DNA of 64,000 bases from Chloroflexota bacterium (GCA_027310565.1 DAIDAP010000037.1:256163-320162), one strand, 5' to 3'; shown: positions 36,493-51,329, numbered from the stretch's first letter. Notes: generated by a model from the sequence alone, not told the origin. Made by a program: numbers and translations.

Positions 36493-37131
36493 ATGTATCG
36501 CGCGCTCGTCGCGTGCCTCGCCGTCGCGGCGGGTCTCGCGCTGAGCATCCAGTCGAGCCCCGGCGCGCCGGCGGCCGTGCCGCCGGTGCCGATCGTGTCA
36601 CCCATGCCGACGATCGCGTCACCGACGCCGCAGGCGATGGCCACGACACCGTTCGGCGCCGCATCGGCGCCTGCGACCCCGTCGGCGACGCCGGAGCCGC
36701 GGAGCATCGAGGGCGTCCACATCGTCATCGAGCGTCTCGCGATCGATCTCCCGCTCGTGTGGGGCGACGTCCAGCGCGATGTACCCCGCGAGGGCTATCC
36801 GGGAGCGACCCCCGAGCGGGTCGCGCTCGTCTTCCCGGGCAGCGCGCTGCCGGGGACCGGCGGGAACACGTACGTCTACTCCCATGCCCGCACCGGCATG
36901 TTCCTGTCGCTGTGGCAGGCGAGGTTCGGCGATCAGGTCGTGCTCCGCTGGCCGGACGGATGGCAGCTGGGCTACGTCGTGACCGAGATCGTCCCCCGCG
37001 TGGATCCGAGCGACACGCGCTGGCTTGACGCGGCAGGCCCGGAGCGCCTCACGCTCCAGACGTCGACCGGTCCCTACCCATGGAATCCGCGCTTCATCGT
37101 GGTCGCCGTCCCACTCGGGAGATCGTCGTGA
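36493..37131 (+). CDS. Sortase-fold protein with Ser at the catalytic Cys position
   Basis: N-terminal anchor; PGTGGNTYVYSHAR (His), RLTLQTST (TLxTC-like), PRFIVVA (Arg). Confidence 0.8.
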   Translation: MYRALVACLAVAAGLALSIQSSPGAPAAVPPVPIVSPMPTIASPTPQAMATTPFGAASAPATPSATPEPRSIEGVHIVIERLAIDLPLVWGDVQRDVPREGYPGATPERVALVFPGSALPGTGGNTYVYSHARTGMFLSLWQARFGDQVVLRWPDGWQLGYVVTEIVPRVDPSDTRWLDAAGPERLTLQTSTGPYPWNPRFIVVAVPLGRSS

Positions 37132-37556
37132 CACGACGCCGTATCCGCGTCTGCGTCGTCGACGCGGGTCCGGGTGTCGCCGCCTACCCGCGTCTCGACG
37201 AGTGCGACCTCGAAGTCGTCGGCGCGCTCCCGGGGATCGCGGACGCGCTCCGCGCGCCGATCAGCGACCTCGATCTCGTCATCGTCGGCGCGTTTCCGAG
37301 GGACCTGCGGGACGCCCGCTTCCAGTCGCGGATCACCCGCCTCGCCCGGCGGCTGCCGACGGCGCTCGTCGTGCCGAAAGTCACGCGGCGCGCCGCCATC
37401 GTCGCGGCGAATGCGCGCGTGAGCGCGCTCGTGGTCCGCGACGCGCCGCCGACGACGTTCGTGCACGCGATGCGGGCGGCATTTCGCGGCGAGGTCGCCT
37501 ACCCGCACGAGGCCGTCACGCGCCTCCTCCGGCTCGTCCCAACGCAACCCGTCTGA
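37128..37556 (+). CDS. Stand-alone degenerate receiver-like protein
   Basis: IRVCVVD...LEVVG...DLVIVG...AFRGE resembles a NarL-type REC without output domain. Confidence 0.55.
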   Translation: MTRRRIRVCVVDAGPGVAAYPRLDECDLEVVGALPGIADALRAPISDLDLVIVGAFPRDLRDARFQSRITRLARRLPTALVVPKVTRRAAIVAANARVSALVVRDAPPTTFVHAMRAAFRGEVAYPHEAVTRLLRLVPTQPV

Positions 37557-37640
37557 CCCCCGGTGACTTACCGACTTCACGGAGGGTGGCGGCATTCTTC
37601 GGTATGGCCGTCACCGCCGGCGCTCCATACCGTCGGATGC

Positions 37641-38033
37641 GTGAGCGAACGAGGTCAGAGTCTCGTCGAGGTCGCGATCGCCCTGCCCTTCCTGCTCATC
37701 GTGCTGGTCGGGCTCGTCGATCTCGGGCGCGTCTTCCACTACACGATCGCGGTGGAGACGGGCGTGCGCGAGGGCGCCGCGTACGCGGCGCGGCTGGTGG
37801 CACCCGACGACGACGCGATCCGCCAGCGCATCTGCGAGGCGAGCGGCATCGCCACCGAGGGCGGCCCGTGCGACGGGCTCACCCTCACGGAGGCGCGCGT
37901 CGGCGGCGAGGGCGGGGGCTTCGTCGACGTCATGTACGACCTCGACCTGCTCTTCGGCCACATCCTCCGCTTCGCCGACCCCGGCCCCGTGCACCTGCGC
38001 GCGACCGCGACCTTCCCGAGTCTCGTGAGATGA
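37641..38033 (+). CDS. tadE: TadE-like pseudopilin
   Basis: RGQSLVEVAIALPFLL...DLGR...REGA. Confidence 0.85.
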   Translation: MSERGQSLVEVAIALPFLLIVLVGLVDLGRVFHYTIAVETGVREGAAYAARLVAPDDDAIRQRICEASGIATEGGPCDGLTLTEARVGGEGGGFVDVMYDLDLLFGHILRFADPGPVHLRATATFPSLVR

Positions 38034-38503
38034 GACGTCCCGTGTCGACCCGCGCGAATGGTTTCGCGAAGGACGTGCGCGGCGTGGCGATCGTCGAGTT
38101 CGCGATCGTCATGCCGATCCTCCTTCTCCTGCTCGTCGGCATTTTCGAGCTGGGACGCGCGTACAACGCGTACGCCACCGTGCGCAGCGCGAGCGCCGAG
38201 GGCGCCCATTGGGCCGCGCTGCACCCCGGCGCGGCGATGTCGGAGATCGAGGCCGCCGTTCTGCGGCGCGTGGTCCCGCTCGACACGCGGCGCGTGTCGG
38301 TCGAGGCCTGGTACGACGACGGCACCGCGTACGTCCGGTGGGATGAGGGCGGCATCCCGGCCTCCGGCCCCAGCAAGCGCATCGTGCCGATCCGTGTCCA
38401 GGTCAGCTATCCCTGGTCCGCCGTGACCTTCCTCTTCAGCAGCGTCCTGCCAGAGCGTTCCGCGACCTTCACCGCGACAACGACCGCCGACGCGATGCGA
38501 TGA
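38030..38503 (+). CDS. TadE/TadF-like pseudopilin
   Basis: RGVAIVEFAIVMPILLLLLVGIFELGR...EGA. Confidence 0.85.
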   Translation: MRRPVSTRANGFAKDVRGVAIVEFAIVMPILLLLLVGIFELGRAYNAYATVRSASAEGAHWAALHPGAAMSEIEAAVLRRVVPLDTRRVSVEAWYDDGTAYVRWDEGGIPASGPSKRIVPIRVQVSYPWSAVTFLFSSVLPERSATFTATTTADAMR

Positions 38504-38527
38504 CGGCGGCGAGAAAAGGAGCCTGAC

Positions 38528-39250
38528 GTGCGCGCCTCGAGATCCTGGATCTTCCTCGTCATCGGTGTCGTCCTCGCCGTCGCGACCGGCATCGTCCTCT
38601 ACCAGATCGCGGCGTCGCCGCCCACCGCCCAGGCGACGGTGAACGGGGCGACGGTCAGCATCGTCGTCGCGACGGCGGATATCGCCCCGCGGACCGTGAT
38701 CGCCGCGGACGTGGTGACCATGAAGGCCTACCCGACCGACCTCGTGCCGCCGGGCGCGCTCACCGGCCAGACCGACGCGGTGGGCGCCACCACGAGCATC
38801 CGCATCTCGAAAGGCCAGCCGGTCCTGCGCGACGCGCTCTCGGCGGCGAGCCCGAGCGCGGTGAGCAGCAGCGTGATCCCAGCCGGCAAGGTCATGGTCG
38901 CGTTCCCGACGAACGATCCGCTCACCACCGCCGGCCTCGTGAGCGTCGGCGACCGCGTCGACCTGCTCGCCACCGTCGTCGTCGGCACGGGCGAGGGCAC
39001 GCGGACGACACAGACCACGCTCCAGAACCTCGATGTCGCGGAGGTCATCCTGCCCACGAAGGAACAGCCGCAGCGGGTCCGCTCGCTCGTCTTCGTCGTG
39101 GACCACCAGGTCGCCCTCGTCCTCAAGTACCTGCGCGACGCCGAGACCACCGTCGACCTCACGATCCGATCCCGCGCCGAGACGGCGCTCGTGAAGACGA
39201 CGAAGGTCGATCTCGAGTACCTCGTCAACACGTACGAGATGAAGAAGTGA
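38528..39250 (+). CDS. cpaB: Flp pilus assembly protein CpaB (SAF)
   Basis: VVATADI..RTVI, IPAGKV, GDRVDLL, LQNL.V. Confidence 0.88.
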   Translation: MRASRSWIFLVIGVVLAVATGIVLYQIAASPPTAQATVNGATVSIVVATADIAPRTVIAADVVTMKAYPTDLVPPGALTGQTDAVGATTSIRISKGQPVLRDALSAASPSAVSSSVIPAGKVMVAFPTNDPLTTAGLVSVGDRVDLLATVVVGTGEGTRTTQTTLQNLDVAEVILPTKEQPQRVRSLVFVVDHQVALVLKYLRDAETTVDLTIRSRAETALVKTTKVDLEYLVNTYEMKK

Positions 39251-40410
39251 CACGCGAGCGTCTGGTCCACCTCATCGACACGGACACCGGGCTCGCGGTG
39301 CAGCTGCGGGACCCGCTCGCGACGGCGCGGCTGCCCCTCGCGGGCACCCACGCCAACGTCGAGGCGCTCCTCGCGTCGGAGCGGGCCGTGCCGGACGTGG
39401 TGGTCCTCGACTGCGCGGCCACGGGCGGTGAGCCCGCTTCCGCGGTCCGCGCCGTCCTGTCACGGTGGCCGGACATCTGTGTCGTGGTCACCGGCGGCAC
39501 GCCCTCGATGCTGTCGCACGCGGTCACCGCCGGCGCGCGCGGCTTCCTCCTCAAGCCGTACGCGCCCGACGAGCTCGTCGACGTGATCAGCGAGGCGACG
39601 GCCGGGGCCCGAGCGGTACCCCACGTCGAACGGACCGACGGGAAGATCGTCGCGATGTACGGACCGAAGGGCGGATCCGGCTCCTCGACCGTCGCCGTCA
39701 GCCTCGCCGCGCTGCTCGCCGGGCGGCCCGGCCTGTCCGTCGGGCTCGTCGACCTGGATCTGCAGTTCGGCGACGTCGGCGTGCTCCTCGACGTGCGGAC
39801 GCCGAACAGCATCCGGGACCTCGTCCAGCACGAGATCGATGGCGCCCTGGTGGACGACACGTTCGTGCGCCACGGCTGCGGAGCGCGCGTCCTGCCGGCG
39901 CCCGACACGCTCCTCACGAACGGCGCGATCGAGGCCGCCGGCATCGAGCACGCGCTCGAAGGTCTGCGCCCGCACTTCGACGTGATCATCTGCGACCTTG
40001 CGCAGGCGGTCGACGACCTCACGACGCGCGTCCTGCGCCTCGCGGACCTCGTCGTGCTCGTCACGAAGCCGGAGCTCACCGCCCTCAAGAGCCTGAGCCG
40101 TCTCCTCAAAGCGAAGGAGCTCTCGCTCCGGCTCGACGACCACGTCCTCGTCGCGGTGAATCGCCTCCCCTCCCGCGGCGCGCTGAGGCCGAGCGAGGTG
40201 GAGCGCTCCATCGGCCGACCGATCACCGTCGGGATCCCGAGCGATGGCGCGGCCATCGTCGACGCCGCGAACCGCGGCGTCCCCGTGGCCGATCCGCGCG
40301 TCCACTCACGCGCGCACAAGGCGTTCGTCGACCTCGCCTCCGCGGTCGCGCGCGAGCTCGAGCTCGAGCCACCGCAGGCCGGAGGCCCGCGACTGGTGGA
40401 GGTGGCCTAG
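39247..40410 (+). CDS. cpaE: CpaE/TadZ (REC plus MinD-like ATPase)
   Basis: REC (VVVLD, AGARGFLLKP); GPKGGSG, DLDLQFGD. Confidence 0.88.
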   Translation: MTRERLVHLIDTDTGLAVQLRDPLATARLPLAGTHANVEALLASERAVPDVVVLDCAATGGEPASAVRAVLSRWPDICVVVTGGTPSMLSHAVTAGARGFLLKPYAPDELVDVISEATAGARAVPHVERTDGKIVAMYGPKGGSGSSTVAVSLAALLAGRPGLSVGLVDLDLQFGDVGVLLDVRTPNSIRDLVQHEIDGALVDDTFVRHGCGARVLPAPDTLLTNGAIEAAGIEHALEGLRPHFDVIICDLAQAVDDLTTRVLRLADLVVLVTKPELTALKSLSRLLKAKELSLRLDDHVLVAVNRLPSRGALRPSEVERSIGRPITVGIPSDGAAIVDAANRGVPVADPRVHSRAHKAFVDLASAVARELELEPPQAGGPRLVEVA

Positions 40411-41747
<1,337 letters not shown>

Positions 41748-41751
<4 letters not shown>

Positions 41752-42695
41752 CGCAGGCCGAGATGCTGGCCGTCCTGGGGGCGGCCACCGTCCTCGCGTT
41801 CGTGATCGCGATCTGGGTCCCGACGTTCGCGCGCGCGCGCTCGATGCAGCGACGCCTCGCCGGGTTCGTCGAGAACGGCGAGGTCGCCGTCGACCTCGGC
41901 GGGCAGCGCCGCGAACGTGGCGTCTTCGTCGCCGAGCGTGGCCGCGGCGGCGCGTTCGGGTGGCTGCGCGACCTCATCGGACAGGCCGACGCGGATCTGA
42001 CGCTCGCCGACGTTCTCGTCGCGACCATGGTGCTCGGCGTCTCGGCGGCCGCGGCGGTGGCGATCGTCTGGCTCAACCCGATCGTCGCGGTCGGTGCGGG
42101 GATCGTCGCGGCGGCCGCGCCGCTGCTGTGGCTACGCTGGCGCGCCGGACAGCGCCGTGCGCGGTTCGTGTCGCAGCTGCCCGAGACGATCGAGCTCCTG
42201 GCGACGATGGTCCGCTCGGGCAACACCTTCCTCCAGGCGATGGAGCACGTGGCGTCCGAGTCGCAGGACCCGATGCGCTCCGCGCTGCACGTCGTCGTGC
42301 GCGAGATCGGGCTCGGCGCGTCGCAGGAGGAGGCCCTCGAGCGGCTCCTCGAGCGCTTCCCGTCGGACGACCTCGCGCTCGTCGTCGCGTCGGTGAACGT
42401 CCACCAGCAGACCGGCGGCTCGCTCGCCACCGTCCTCGACCGGATCTCGGAGACCCTGCGCGAACGCATCCGGCTCCAGGGTGACATCCGCGCGTTTACG
42501 GCGATGCAGCGCTACAGCGCCTACGTGCTCGCGGCGCTGCCCGTCGCGGTGGCGGGGATCCTCATGCTCGTCAGCCCTGAGTACATCACCCTGCTCGTCG
42601 CGCCCGGCGCGCTGCGCGTCTTCGCGGCGATCGCCGGGATCGAGATCGTCCTCGGATTCCTGGTGCTTCGGCGGATGGCGGAGATCGATGTTTGA
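41748..42695 (+). CDS. tadB: TadB
   Basis: F..QLPE.IEL....RSG, QTGGSLA.VL. Confidence 0.9.
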
Positions 42696-43641
42696 GACGT
42701 TCGGGCTGCAGCTCGCTTCCGAGACCCAGGCCGCGATAGGCGTCGCGCTGCTCGGCGCGCTCGCGATGCTCGCGCTCGCGCTGTGGTGGGCGTTCCGCGG
42801 CGGCGAACGCGAGGCGCGCGCACGCGAGCGCCGACTCGCGATCGTCGTCGGCGAAGCGGAGCAGACCACGGCGGGCGGCGCTCCGACGGCGAAGGGCATC
42901 CCGGCGCTGCAGCGGCTCGCGTCGCTGGTCGGCGCGCTCATGCCCGCCGCGATCGCCGCGCGCACGACCGAGCGCCTCGCGCGGGCGGGCCGTCCCTTCG
43001 GCCTCGAGGCCGCGGACTACCTCGCGCTGCGCGCGCTCAGCACGGTGATCTTCGCCGTCCTCGCCGGTGGCGTCGCCTGGGCCGCCGGGCTCGAACCCGC
43101 GGCGATCGGCCTCGTCGCCCTCGCCGGCGCGCTCCTGGGCTACGCGGTCCCCGGCATCCTGCTCGACCGCGCGATCCGCGGACGCAAGCGCAACATCGTC
43201 CGCGCGATGCCCGCGGCGCTGGACATGCTCGCCCTCTCGACCGCCGCCGGGCTCACGCTCGATGGCGCCATGGCGCAGGTCATCCAGCGGTGGGACACGC
43301 CGCTCGCCGGGGAGCTGCGCCGCTACCTCGCCGAGGTGCAGATGGGGCGCGACCGGCGCGCGTCGCTGCGCGCGATGTCGCGCCGGGTCGGCGTCCAGGA
43401 GGTCACGCGGCTCAATGCGGCGATCATCCAGGCCGACTCGCTCGGACTGCCGATCGCGCAGGTCCTCCGCGAGCAGGCGAACGAGATGCGGCGCATCCGC
43501 CGCCAGCGCGCCGAGGAGGCCGCACGGTCAGCGCCGGTGAAGATGGTGTTCCCGCTCGTGCTGCTCATCTTCCCGGCGCTGTTCGTCGTCGTGCTCGGGC
43601 CAGCGATCCCGCGGATCATGGATCTCTTCACCTCCTACTGA
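42688..43641 (+). CDS. tadC: TadC
   Basis: P.ALDML....AGL, RRQRAEEAA...PVKMVFPL. Confidence 0.9.
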   Translation: MFETFGLQLASETQAAIGVALLGALAMLALALWWAFRGGEREARARERRLAIVVGEAEQTTAGGAPTAKGIPALQRLASLVGALMPAAIAARTTERLARAGRPFGLEAADYLALRALSTVIFAVLAGGVAWAAGLEPAAIGLVALAGALLGYAVPGILLDRAIRGRKRNIVRAMPAALDMLALSTAAGLTLDGAMAQVIQRWDTPLAGELRRYLAEVQMGRDRRASLRAMSRRVGVQEVTRLNAAIIQADSLGLPIAQVLREQANEMRRIRRQRAEEAARSAPVKMVFPLVLLIFPALFVVVLGPAIPRIMDLFTSY

Positions 43642-43794
43642 AGCGACGTACCGAATTCCGCGTACGTCCGCGCCGCCTACCGACTCTCACGAATGGGCGG
43701 CGCATGCGTGCGTGCCTAGCGTCCGAAGGGAATGACGAGAACGCAGGAACGCATCGACACGTGGTCCGCGCCTGCGCGGACAGGGAGAATCCAC

Positions 43795-46290
43795 ATGCGC
43801 AAGGGCCCGCCGCCCCTCCTCATCCTCATGCTCTCGCTGATCCTGGCGATCAGCAGCGCCGCAGCCTCCTTCGCGGTCGCCGCTCCGGACGGAGCGGGTG
43901 TGAACCTCGACCAGTGGGCCAACACAGACGGGGCGTGGCAGAACGGGGACCTGAACAAGAACAACTCGGTCTACGCCGAAGGTGAGGTCGTCCCGTTCCG
44001 CCTCGCGATCGAAGGCCTCACGCCCGGCGTACACACCATCCACCTCAACTGGGACGTGACCGCGAGCGGGCACGCCGCGTACGACTTCCTCGCGAGCTAC
44101 GACGCGACCGAGTCACCGGACCTCTGCGCGGCCGGCGGAGGCGGCGTGTCGTCGCTCTGCCCATCGCTTCCGACCGCATTCCCGCTCGCGATGTTCACCG
44201 ACACGTTCTCCATCGACGGAAAGCCGATCGCGGGCGCGTACGGCTCGACGCCGCGCGTCATGACGCTCTACGGCGTGAGCGCGGCGTCCTTCGGGCCGCC
44301 GACCTACACGGACGGCGCGCACTCCTCCGGTGACGTCGAGCTGACGTTCACCGCGAGCGGGACCGCTGTCCTCCTCGCCTGGGGCGGCCACATCGCCGCG
44401 ACGTCGTACTGGGGCCCCGACGTACCGCAGGGCGCGGGCATGGTCTCGGGCGCTCCGTGGCACATGCGCACGCAGTCGCTGGACGGCGGCGGCCAGAGCA
44501 ATCAGGACCGCAGCATCCAGACGAGCGCGCTGCCCGACCCGGTCATCCGGATCGTGAAGTACCAGGACACGAACGGTGACGGCGACCGCGACGCCGGCGA
44601 GCCCGGCCTCGCGGGATGGAGCTTCACGATCTACGACTCCGCGCAGCACGATGAAGGCACATACAGCACCGGCACGGACGGCACGGACGGCACGGTGACC
44701 GTCACCATGCGTGACGCCGACACCTACACCGTCGTGGAGGACCTCCAGACCGGGTGGACGAACACGGATCCGGGCACCGGCTCGGAGACGGCCGTCGCGC
44801 CGCGCGGCACGACGACGGAGCTCGTCTTCGGCAACAGGTTCACCGAGGTGCCCGAGAACGGCACCGTCCAGGTCTACAAGTACAACGACGAGAACGGCGA
44901 CGGCGATGACGAGGACGGGGCGGACCCGGCCATCGCGGGCTGGGACTTCACGGTCCAGGCCGTCGTCGAGGGCACGCCCACCGGACCGACCTACGATCTC
45001 ATCACGGGGTCCGATGGCTACACCGACGTGCTCGAGCTCGCACCGGGCACGTACGGTGTCTGCGAAACGCTCGGCGAAGGCTGGACGAATACCTACCCGG
45101 GCTCGCAGGACGCCACCGTCTGCTGGGAGACACTCGTCGAGCCGGACCAGGACGCCATCCTCACGTTCGGCAACCACTACACCGCGCCGCCCGAGAACGG
45201 CACCCTCCGCGTCTTCAAGTACGACGACATCGACAACGACGGGTCGCGTGCCGAAGGCGAGCCGGGCCTCTCCGGCTGGCGCTTCACCGTCGAGCCGATG
45301 GTCGAGATCAGCACGCTCGAGAGCCTCATCCTGACGACCGGCTCCAGCCCGCTCGGACGCGGCACGCTGTCGCTGCCCGAAGGCTGGTACGAGGTCTGCG
45401 AGCAGAGCCCGCTCCCGACGGGCTGGAGCAACACCGACCCCGGCGACGGACTGTGCAACAGCGTGTACGTCCCTGAGGGCCAGGACAGCGACGTCCTCTA
45501 CTTCGGCAACCACTACACGCCGACGCCGACTCCGACGCCGCAGGACGGGACGCTCCAGGTCACGAAGTACAACGACACCGACCGCAACGGCACGCGCGGC
45601 ACCTCTGAACCCGGGCTTGCCGGCTGGGCCTTCCGGGTCTACAGCGGCACGACCCTCCTGACGACGCTCACGACCGACGCGAACGGTGTGGCAGCCATCG
45701 GGCTCGTCGCCGGTACCTACACGGTGACCGAGGTCACCCAGACCGGGTGGACGAACACCGAACCCGGTGGAACGACACCGACGAAGACGGCGACCGTGGT
45801 CGCCGGACAGGTCACCGGGGTCATCTTCGGCAACGCCGTGGTGATCATCCCGCCGACGACTCAGACGCAGCTCGTGATCACGAAGTACGCCGACGGCAAC
45901 CGCAACGGCGCGCGCGACACGGGTGAGGGCGTCCTCGCCGGCTTCACCTTCACCATCCGTGACAGCGCGGGCACCGTGGTCCGGACGGTCGTCAGCGGTG
46001 CTGACGGCACGGCGACGGTCACCGGACTCGCGCTCGGCGCGTACAGCATCACCGAGGAGGCGACAACGGGCTGGGTGAACACCGACCCCGGTGCCGCCGC
46101 GGGCGCGCGCAAGTTCGTGACGTTCACGAGCACCGCCACCTCGGCGACGGTCATCTTCGGCAACGCGCAGGTCCAGCTGCCCTCGACGTCGACGTCCGAG
46201 GACGGGATGGTGCTTCTGCTCCTCGCGCTCCTCGCGGGCGTCGGGCTGGCCCTGCCCTTCGCCGCACGGCGGGGGCCGCGCATGGCATAG
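43795..46290 (+). CDS. Surface adhesin with 5 CnaB/SdrD-B-like repeats and LPSTS sorting signal
   Basis: Signal peptide; 5x KY.D....G......L.GW/F.F...E...GW.NT.PG...FGN; LPSTS + hydrophobic helix + RRGPR tail. Confidence 0.85.
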   Translation: MRKGPPPLLILMLSLILAISSAAASFAVAAPDGAGVNLDQWANTDGAWQNGDLNKNNSVYAEGEVVPFRLAIEGLTPGVHTIHLNWDVTASGHAAYDFLASYDATESPDLCAAGGGGVSSLCPSLPTAFPLAMFTDTFSIDGKPIAGAYGSTPRVMTLYGVSAASFGPPTYTDGAHSSGDVELTFTASGTAVLLAWGGHIAATSYWGPDVPQGAGMVSGAPWHMRTQSLDGGGQSNQDRSIQTSALPDPVIRIVKYQDTNGDGDRDAGEPGLAGWSFTIYDSAQHDEGTYSTGTDGTDGTVTVTMRDADTYTVVEDLQTGWTNTDPGTGSETAVAPRGTTTELVFGNRFTEVPENGTVQVYKYNDENGDGDDEDGADPAIAGWDFTVQAVVEGTPTGPTYDLITGSDGYTDVLELAPGTYGVCETLGEGWTNTYPGSQDATVCWETLVEPDQDAILTFGNHYTAPPENGTLRVFKYDDIDNDGSRAEGEPGLSGWRFTVEPMVEISTLESLILTTGSSPLGRGTLSLPEGWYEVCEQSPLPTGWSNTDPGDGLCNSVYVPEGQDSDVLYFGNHYTPTPTPTPQDGTLQVTKYNDTDRNGTRGTSEPGLAGWAFRVYSGTTLLTTLTTDANGVAAIGLVAGTYTVTEVTQTGWTNTEPGGTTPTKTATVVAGQVTGVIFGNAVVIIPPTTQTQLVITKYADGNRNGARDTGEGVLAGFTFTIRDSAGTVVRTVVSGADGTATVTGLALGAYSITEEATTGWVNTDPGAAAGARKFVTFTSTATSATVIFGNAQVQLPSTSTSEDGMVLLLLALLAGVGLALPFAARRGPRMA

Positions 46291-46319
46291 CGAACACACT
46301 CCCTCCCACCCACGCGTCA

Positions 46320-46348
46320 CGACGCCCCGGCCAGAGGCCGGGGCGTCG
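46320..46348. terminator. Hairpin between convergent genes
   Basis: CGACGCCCCGGCC-AGA-GGCCGGGGCGTCG. Confidence 0.6.
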
Positions 46349-46350
46349 GC

Positions 46351-47124
46351 CTATCGCGTCGGAGCTGCCTGCACGATGAGCACCGGCCCGCACGCGTCCG
46401 GGCTGAGGCTCGTCTGCATCGAGAGCGGCGCGAGGGGAAGCGGCGGCGGCTCGCAGCTGCGCACGATGAGCGCGCCTGTGATCACGTACCTCGTCCCGTA
46501 CGCCCACACCGCGTCGCCGGCCCGCCACCCGGCGATCCGCCCGAACTGGGTGTAGGCGTGCCCCATCAGGTACTGCGGAGAGAGGCACAGGAAAGAGCGG
46601 ATCGCCGTGCCGATGTCCGTGCCACCCGCGCAGTCGTTGTACGGGACGATCGCCCCGCGCACATCGACGCGCGGATAGCAGAACCAGTCCGGCGGACACG
46701 TCTCGGCCGCCGCCGGTGCTGCCGCGGTCGGCGCGGCAGTGGGGGCCGGGCTCGGTGCGAGCGTCGGCACGGTGGTCGGCACTACGGCCGCGATCGACGG
46801 GCTGGGCACGGGATTCGCGCTCGACGCCGCGGCGCTCGGGGCGGGCGCGCCCGACGGCGCCGCCGACGGTGCAGCGCGCAGGGCGATCCCATCGTCGCCC
46901 GCGAATCGCACGGCGTCTTCGAGATCCACCGAGCTGTCCGGCAATTGCCGGAGGGTCGGCACCAGCGCCGCCGTCCCGGCGCCGGCCGTGTCGTCGACGA
47001 GGGCGGCCGAGGCGGGCGGGGCGTCGTTGCCGGCGAGGATGACGGCGATGAGGAGGCCGAGCACGGTCAGGGCGCCGCCGGCGTGACGACGTGCGGCTCG
47101 TCGCCGCGCCGCGGGCAAGTGCAT
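46351..47124 (-). CDS. Second, highly diverged sortase-like protein (Cys-rich, QTS motif)
   Basis: TM anchor, Pro/Ala/Thr linker; YLMGHAYTQFG.I..W.AGD, PLSMQTS, VLIVQA follow sortase motif order. Confidence 0.55.
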   Translation of the reverse strand: MHLPAARRRAARRHAGGALTVLGLLIAVILAGNDAPPASAALVDDTAGAGTAALVPTLRQLPDSSVDLEDAVRFAGDDGIALRAAPSAAPSGAPAPSAAASSANPVPSPSIAAVVPTTVPTLAPSPAPTAAPTAAAPAAAETCPPDWFCYPRVDVRGAIVPYNDCAGGTDIGTAIRSFLCLSPQYLMGHAYTQFGRIAGWRAGDAVWAYGTRYVITGALIVRSCEPPPLPLAPLSMQTSLSPDACGPVLIVQAAPTR

Positions 47125-47212
47125 GTGACCGCACATGTAAGCAGCAAGGCACGCCTTTGTCAGCCCCAAACGGGGAGTCGCAACGGGTCAGCGACCGCTG
47201 TGCGGCAATCCC

Positions 47213-47706
47213 CTACAGGCCGACGCGCGGGAAGTCACCATGTTCCCGCAGAAAGGCGATGACGCCACCGGCGTCGAGGATCTCCTTTGCGAACGGCGGA
47301 AGGGGACGGAGGCGGATGTCCCCGCCCGGCGCGCCCAGGACACCGGCGGTCGCGTCGAGCGACACCTCGTCGCCGTCCTTCACGAGGTCGACCGCGTCGG
47401 CAGACTCGAGCACGGGGATGCCGAGGTTGATGCAGTTTCGGAAGAAGATGCGCGCGAAGCTCTTCGCGACGATGCCGCCGACGCCGAGCCGCTTCAGCGC
47501 GAGCACCGCGTACTCGCGGGACGACCCGCAGCCGAGGTTCTCGCCGCCGACGAGGATGTCGCCCGGCCGGACCTCCTTCGCGAAGCCCGGGCGCGCGTCG
47601 CAGAACGCGTAGGTGTGGAAGCGGTCCTGACCGACCATGAACGGCGCGTAGCGGCCGGGGACCATCTGGTCGGTGTCGAGGTCGTCGCCGAAGACCCAGG
47701 CGCGGC

Positions 47707-47710
<4 letters not shown>
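47213..47710 (-). CDS. lysU: Homoaconitase/isopropylmalate dehydratase small subunit
   Basis: FGDDLDTDQ, GENLGCGSSRE.A, SFARIFFRN.IN.G. Confidence 0.85.
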
Positions 47711-50579
<2,869 letters not shown>

Positions 50580-50696
50580 CTACCGCTGCCGGAGCGCCAG
50601 CGGTAGGACGACCGGGCCCCTTGCCGGGCGCCCGCTCCCACCCCTAGCGTCCGGGCCGGGGATGGAGATGCACGAGTTGCGGCTCCGTTTCGTTCC

Positions 50697-51329
50697 GTGA
50701 AGCAGGGCGGCGACGCCAAGGCGGTCCCGGTCGGCACGCGCGCCCTGGTCACCGAAGGAGGTGCGCACGGGAACGATGCGGCGCTCGTCCTGGCCGCCAA
50801 GGCGGGCGACCCGAGCGCGTTCGGAGAGCTCTACGAGCGCTACCGGGACGCGATCTACCGCTACTGCCTGGCGCGGACCGGCTCGGCGCACGACGCCGAG
50901 GACCTCGCCGCGGACGTCTTCGTGAAGGCCCTCCAGTCGCTCGACCGCTACCAGGACCGCGGGCTGCCGTTCGCGGCGTTCCTCTACCGCATCGCGCGGA
51001 ACGCCGCGATCGACCGCGTGCGCGTCCTGAAGCAGCCCCTGTCGGTCGACACGCTGGTCTCCGAGCCGCCATCCGGCCAGAACGTGGAGGCCGAGGCGTC
51101 CCTCGGCGTGGAGCGCTCGATCCTGCTCGCGGCGCTCACGCGGCTCAAGGCCGAGCATCGTGAGGTCATCGTCCTGCGCTTCATCGAGGGCTACGGCGCG
51201 GTCGAGGTGGCGCGGATGCTCGGGCGCACCGAGGGCGCGATCCGGACCATGCAGCACCGCGCGCTGGAGCGCCTGCGCCGGGAATTCGACGACGCCGAGC
51301 GGCTCGCGGCGAAGCGGGTGGCGAAGTGA
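50697..51329 (+). CDS. ECF sigma-70 factor
   Basis: AFGELYERY, DAEDL..DVF.KA, FLYRIARNAAID, REVIVLRF. Confidence 0.92.
   Translation: MKQGGDAKAVPVGTRALVTEGGAHGNDAALVLAAKAGDPSAFGELYERYRDAIYRYCLARTGSAHDAEDLAADVFVKALQSLDRYQDRGLPFAAFLYRIARNAAIDRVRVLKQPLSVDTLVSEPPSGQNVEAEASLGVERSILLAALTRLKAEHREVIVLRFIEGYGAVEVARMLGRTEGAIRTMQHRALERLRREFDDAERLAAKRVAK

Noticed and set aside
47140-47205. c-di-AMP riboswitch before the second sortase-like gene
   Set aside because: GCTGA and TTTGGGG fragments only; too short and lacking the remaining motifs.
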